From: an uncultured Rikenella sp.
GTDB taxonomy: Bacteria > Bacteroidota > Bacteroidia > Bacteroidales > Rikenellaceae
Direction of reading: 5' to 3'
NCBI GenBank assembly: GCA_910577885.1
Contig: CAJTNK010000002.1
Span: forward strand, 21,580-85,579
Length of the DNA: 64,000 bases
The position numbers and the translations under genes are program-made. Positions 61,869 to 64,000 of this stretch are shown piece by piece. The notes under the pieces were generated by a model. That model was not told the DNA's origin. It did not search any database and saw nothing but the letters and a program-made list of their open reading frames with translations. Every line of letters starts with the position of its first letter. Within the stretch, counting starts at the first letter, position 1.

Positions 61869-62939
61869 TTAGATGTTCGAAGCTACGAAATCCCCGACCT
61901 GAGTCGTCGTACAAGCCTTTTGCCCCGTCGCCGAAGGATCGATCAGATCCTCCGTCACCACCCCCTCGGCAATAGCCCGTTCGACCGCCCCCCGCACAGC
62001 CGCTCCCTCTTTCGCGAGCCCCACATGCTCCAAGAGCATGGCCGCACTGAGAATCGTCGCCATCGGGTTAGCGATATTCTTGCCGGCCGCCTGCGGATAC
62101 GAGCCGTGGATCGGTTCGAACAAAGCCACCTCGGCACCCAACGACGCCGACGGCAACAGCCCCAGCGAGCCGCTAATCACGCTCGACTCGTCGGTCAGAA
62201 TATCTCCGAACAGATTTTCGGTCACCAGGACATCGAAATACGTCGGCCGTTGGATAATCTGCATCGCAGCGTTATCCACGAACATGTAATCCACCTGCAC
62301 ATCCGGATACTGCGGCGCCATCTCTTTAGCAATCTGCCGCCACAGCCGCGAAGTGGCAATGACATTGGCCTTGTCGACCACCGTGAGCAATTTGCGCCGC
62401 TTCCGGGCCTGTTCGAAAGCCACCCGAAGGATCCGTTCGACCTCCTCGCGCGAATAAACGCACGTATCATACGCCGTATTCCCATCCTCACTCCGTCCCT
62501 GAGGCCGTCCGAAGTACATCCCTCCCGTCAGCTCGCGAATACAGACGAAATCCGCTCCCCGCACCCGATCGGCCTTGAGCGGCGAGCGTTCGACCAGCGA
62601 GTCGAAAACCACCAGCGGCCGCACGTTGGCGAACAACCCCAACGATTTCCGCATCCGCAACAGCCCCTGTTCCGGTCGCACCTTGGCCGAAGGGTCGTTG
62701 TCATACTTCGGATCGCCGATCGCCCCGAAAAGCACCACCCCGGCTTCACGACAAATCGCATGCGTTTCGGCCGGGTACGGGTCTCCCGTCGCATCGATCG
62801 CACAAGCCCCTACCAGCCCCTTGCGATACGTAAACCGGTGGCCGTACTTCGCCCCCACGGCGTCCAACACTTTCACCGCCTCGCCCACGATTTCCGGCCC
62901 GATGCCGTCGCCGGGCAACAACGCAATGTTCAAATTCAT
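61869..62939 (-). CDS. leuB: 3-isopropylmalate dehydrogenase (356 aa)
   Basis: [23 protein letters not shown], and the overall isocitrate/isopropylmalate dehydrogenase layout. Confidence 0.93.
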   Translation of the reverse strand: MNLNIALLPGDGIGPEIVGEAVKVLDAVGAKYGHRFTYRKGLVGACAIDATGDPYPAETHAICREAGVVLFGAIGDPKYDNDPSAKVRPEQGLLRMRKSLGLFANVRPLVVFDSLVERSPLKADRVRGADFVCIRELTGGMYFGRPQGRSEDGNTAYDTCVYSREEVERILRVAFEQARKRRKLLTVVDKANVIATSRLWRQIAKEMAPQYPDVQVDYMFVDNAAMQIIQRPTYFDVLVTENLFGDILTDESSVISGSLGLLPSASLGAEVALFEPIHGSYPQAAGKNIANPMATILSAAMLLEHVGLAKEGAAVRGAVERAIAEGVVTEDLIDPSATGQKACTTTQVGDFVASNI

Positions 62940-62969
62940 GATCTTTTTTAGTTCCGTTTCTTTATCTGG

Positions 62970-64000
62970 TTAACACTTGGTTTCTATCTTATTGAGCATC
63001 TTGATCGTCGCCTTGATCGCCGCAAGCGTCTGGTCAGCATCCAACCCCCGGGTCTTGAACCGCACACCGTCCTGTTCCCACGTGATGAGCGTCTGCACGA
63101 AAGCATCCGTCCGCCCCCCCGGCGGAATGCTCACCGAGTAGTCGGCCAACGTCGGAAACTCACGCCCCAGCTGTTCCTTGTAGATCGCCCGCACCGCAGA
63201 CACGAACGCATCGTACTGACCGTCCCCCGCCGAAGTCTGCTGATAGCTTTGGCCATGAATCTCCATCTTCACCGTAGCCACCGGGCGCAGCCCCTGCGCC
63301 ACCGAAAGCGAGTAGTTCAAGATCCGCACCGCCTCGGCCTGACCGTCGCCCGCGCTCCCGAGGAGGTCCGAGACGATGTAGGGCAAGTCCTCTGCCGTCA
63401 CAATCTCCTTTCGATCCCCCAGTTCGACGATGTATTGCGTCACGCGCGTCATCGAAGCCTCGTCCAACTCGATCCCCAACATTTCGAGATTCTTCCGGAT
63501 ATTGGCCTTTCCGGAACTCTTCCCCAACGCATACTGCCGCGTCCGGCCGAACCGCTCCGGAAGCAAGTCATTGAAGTAGAGATTGTTCTTATTATCCCCG
63601 TCGGCATGAATCCCGGCACACTGCGTAAAGACATTCTCGCCGATGACCGGTTTGTTGGCCGGAATCCGGATGCCGGAATAGCTCTCCACCACCGTCGCCA
63701 CCTGATTGGTCCGCCCCTCGTCGACAGCCAGTTCTGCTTTCAGATGGTCCCGCAAAGCGGCGATAACCGACGAGAGCGGCGCATTCCCGGCCCGCTCGCC
63801 CAACCCGTTGACCGTCGTATGCACCCCCTGAATCCCCGCTCGCACGGCCGCCACCGTATTGGCCACCGCCAGGTCGTAGTCGTTGTGGGCATGGAAGTCG
63901 AACCGCAGCTCCGGATAACGCTCCACCATCGCCCGACACGCCTCGTAACACTCCCACGGTTCGAAAATCCCGAGCGTATCCGGCAGCATGAACCGACGAA
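62970..64000 (-). CDS. 2-isopropylmalate synthase / citramalate synthase family protein, C-terminal part (N-terminus lies beyond the window)
   Basis: HxH motif region FHAHNDYDLAVANT, GERAGNAPL, and the C-terminal LeuA-dimer regulatory domain. The open frame runs off the window end. Confidence 0.8.
   Translation of the reverse strand, partial: RRFMLPDTLGIFEPWECYEACRAMVERYPELRFDFHAHNDYDLAVANTVAAVRAGIQGVHTTVNGLGERAGNAPLSSVIAALRDHLKAELAVDEGRTNQVATVVESYSGIRIPANKPVIGENVFTQCAGIHADGDNKNNLYFNDLLPERFGRTRQYALGKSSGKANIRKNLEMLGIELDEASMTRVTQYIVELGDRKEIVTAEDLPYIVSDLLGSAGDGQAEAVRILNYSLSVAQGLRPVATVKMEIHGQSYQQTSAGDGQYDAFVSAVRAIYKEQLGREFPTLADYSVSIPPGGRTDAFVQTLITWEQDGVRFKTRGLDADQTLAAIKATIKMLNKIETKC

Noticed and set aside
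50902-62951. Series of long + strand ORFs (50902-52290, 52605-54161, 54100-55146, 55413-56978, 57339-59003, 58607-60160, 61920-62951)
   Set aside because: Each is antisense to a confidently identified housekeeping gene or runs through repeat DNA. None shows a recognisable motif.

Overview
This is a 64-kb window from a high-GC Bacteroidales-type chromosome. The taxonomic call rests on Bacteroides-style TAnnTTTG -7 boxes plus lpxD, TlpA-like and PepSY-like lipoprotein genes; the genus cannot be determined without a search. The window has three parts. (1) 1-6918 is the right-hand end of a + strand phage late block (anti-receptor protein, tail fibres, M15 endolysin, spanin-like lipoprotein), cut by the window edge. 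(2) 6919-43339 is a complete ~36.4-kb temperate contractile-tail prophage integrated in the 3' end of tRNA-Leu(CAG). It carries a tyrosine integrase and a low-GC Abi_2 + HicAB islet. On the minus strand it has a late operon: a lambda-like Nu1/A/W/B/FII head module with a protease-capsid fusion, a P2/Mu-like sheath-tube-TMP-baseplate-fibre module, and holin + GH108 endolysin. Upstream of that is an early region: replication protein, DUF1064 nuclease, SNF2 helicase fused to an N6/N4 methyltransferase, C5 methyltransferase, and a radical-SAM enzyme. At the right end is a + strand immunity/cargo unit: a CI-type repressor, an HsdR-N-type PD-(D/E)xK protein and a 6TM voltage-gated K+ channel. (3) 43.4-64 kb holds host core genes: HAD hydrolase, dnaK, galK-transporter-galM, a sugar nucleotidyltransferase, hisD, hisG, a hisC-hisB fusion, lpxD, TlpA-like, OMP, PepSY-like, leuB and a leuA/cimA fragment. 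These are separated by unusually long intergenic regions filled with two families of nested-palindrome repeats. The best candidates for something undescribed are two. One is the Rex-like unit of repressor, nuclease-fold protein and K+ channel. The other is the four-gene ATGA-coupled operon of helicase-methylase, Dcm, radical-SAM enzyme and an unknown protein. All family assignments come from motif recognition by eye, not database searches. Many long ORFs in the supplied track are antisense shadows of real genes. Some track ORFs start at non-ATG codons or upstream of the likely start; I trimmed those where an expected N-terminus or a 4-nt ATGA overlap made the start clear.
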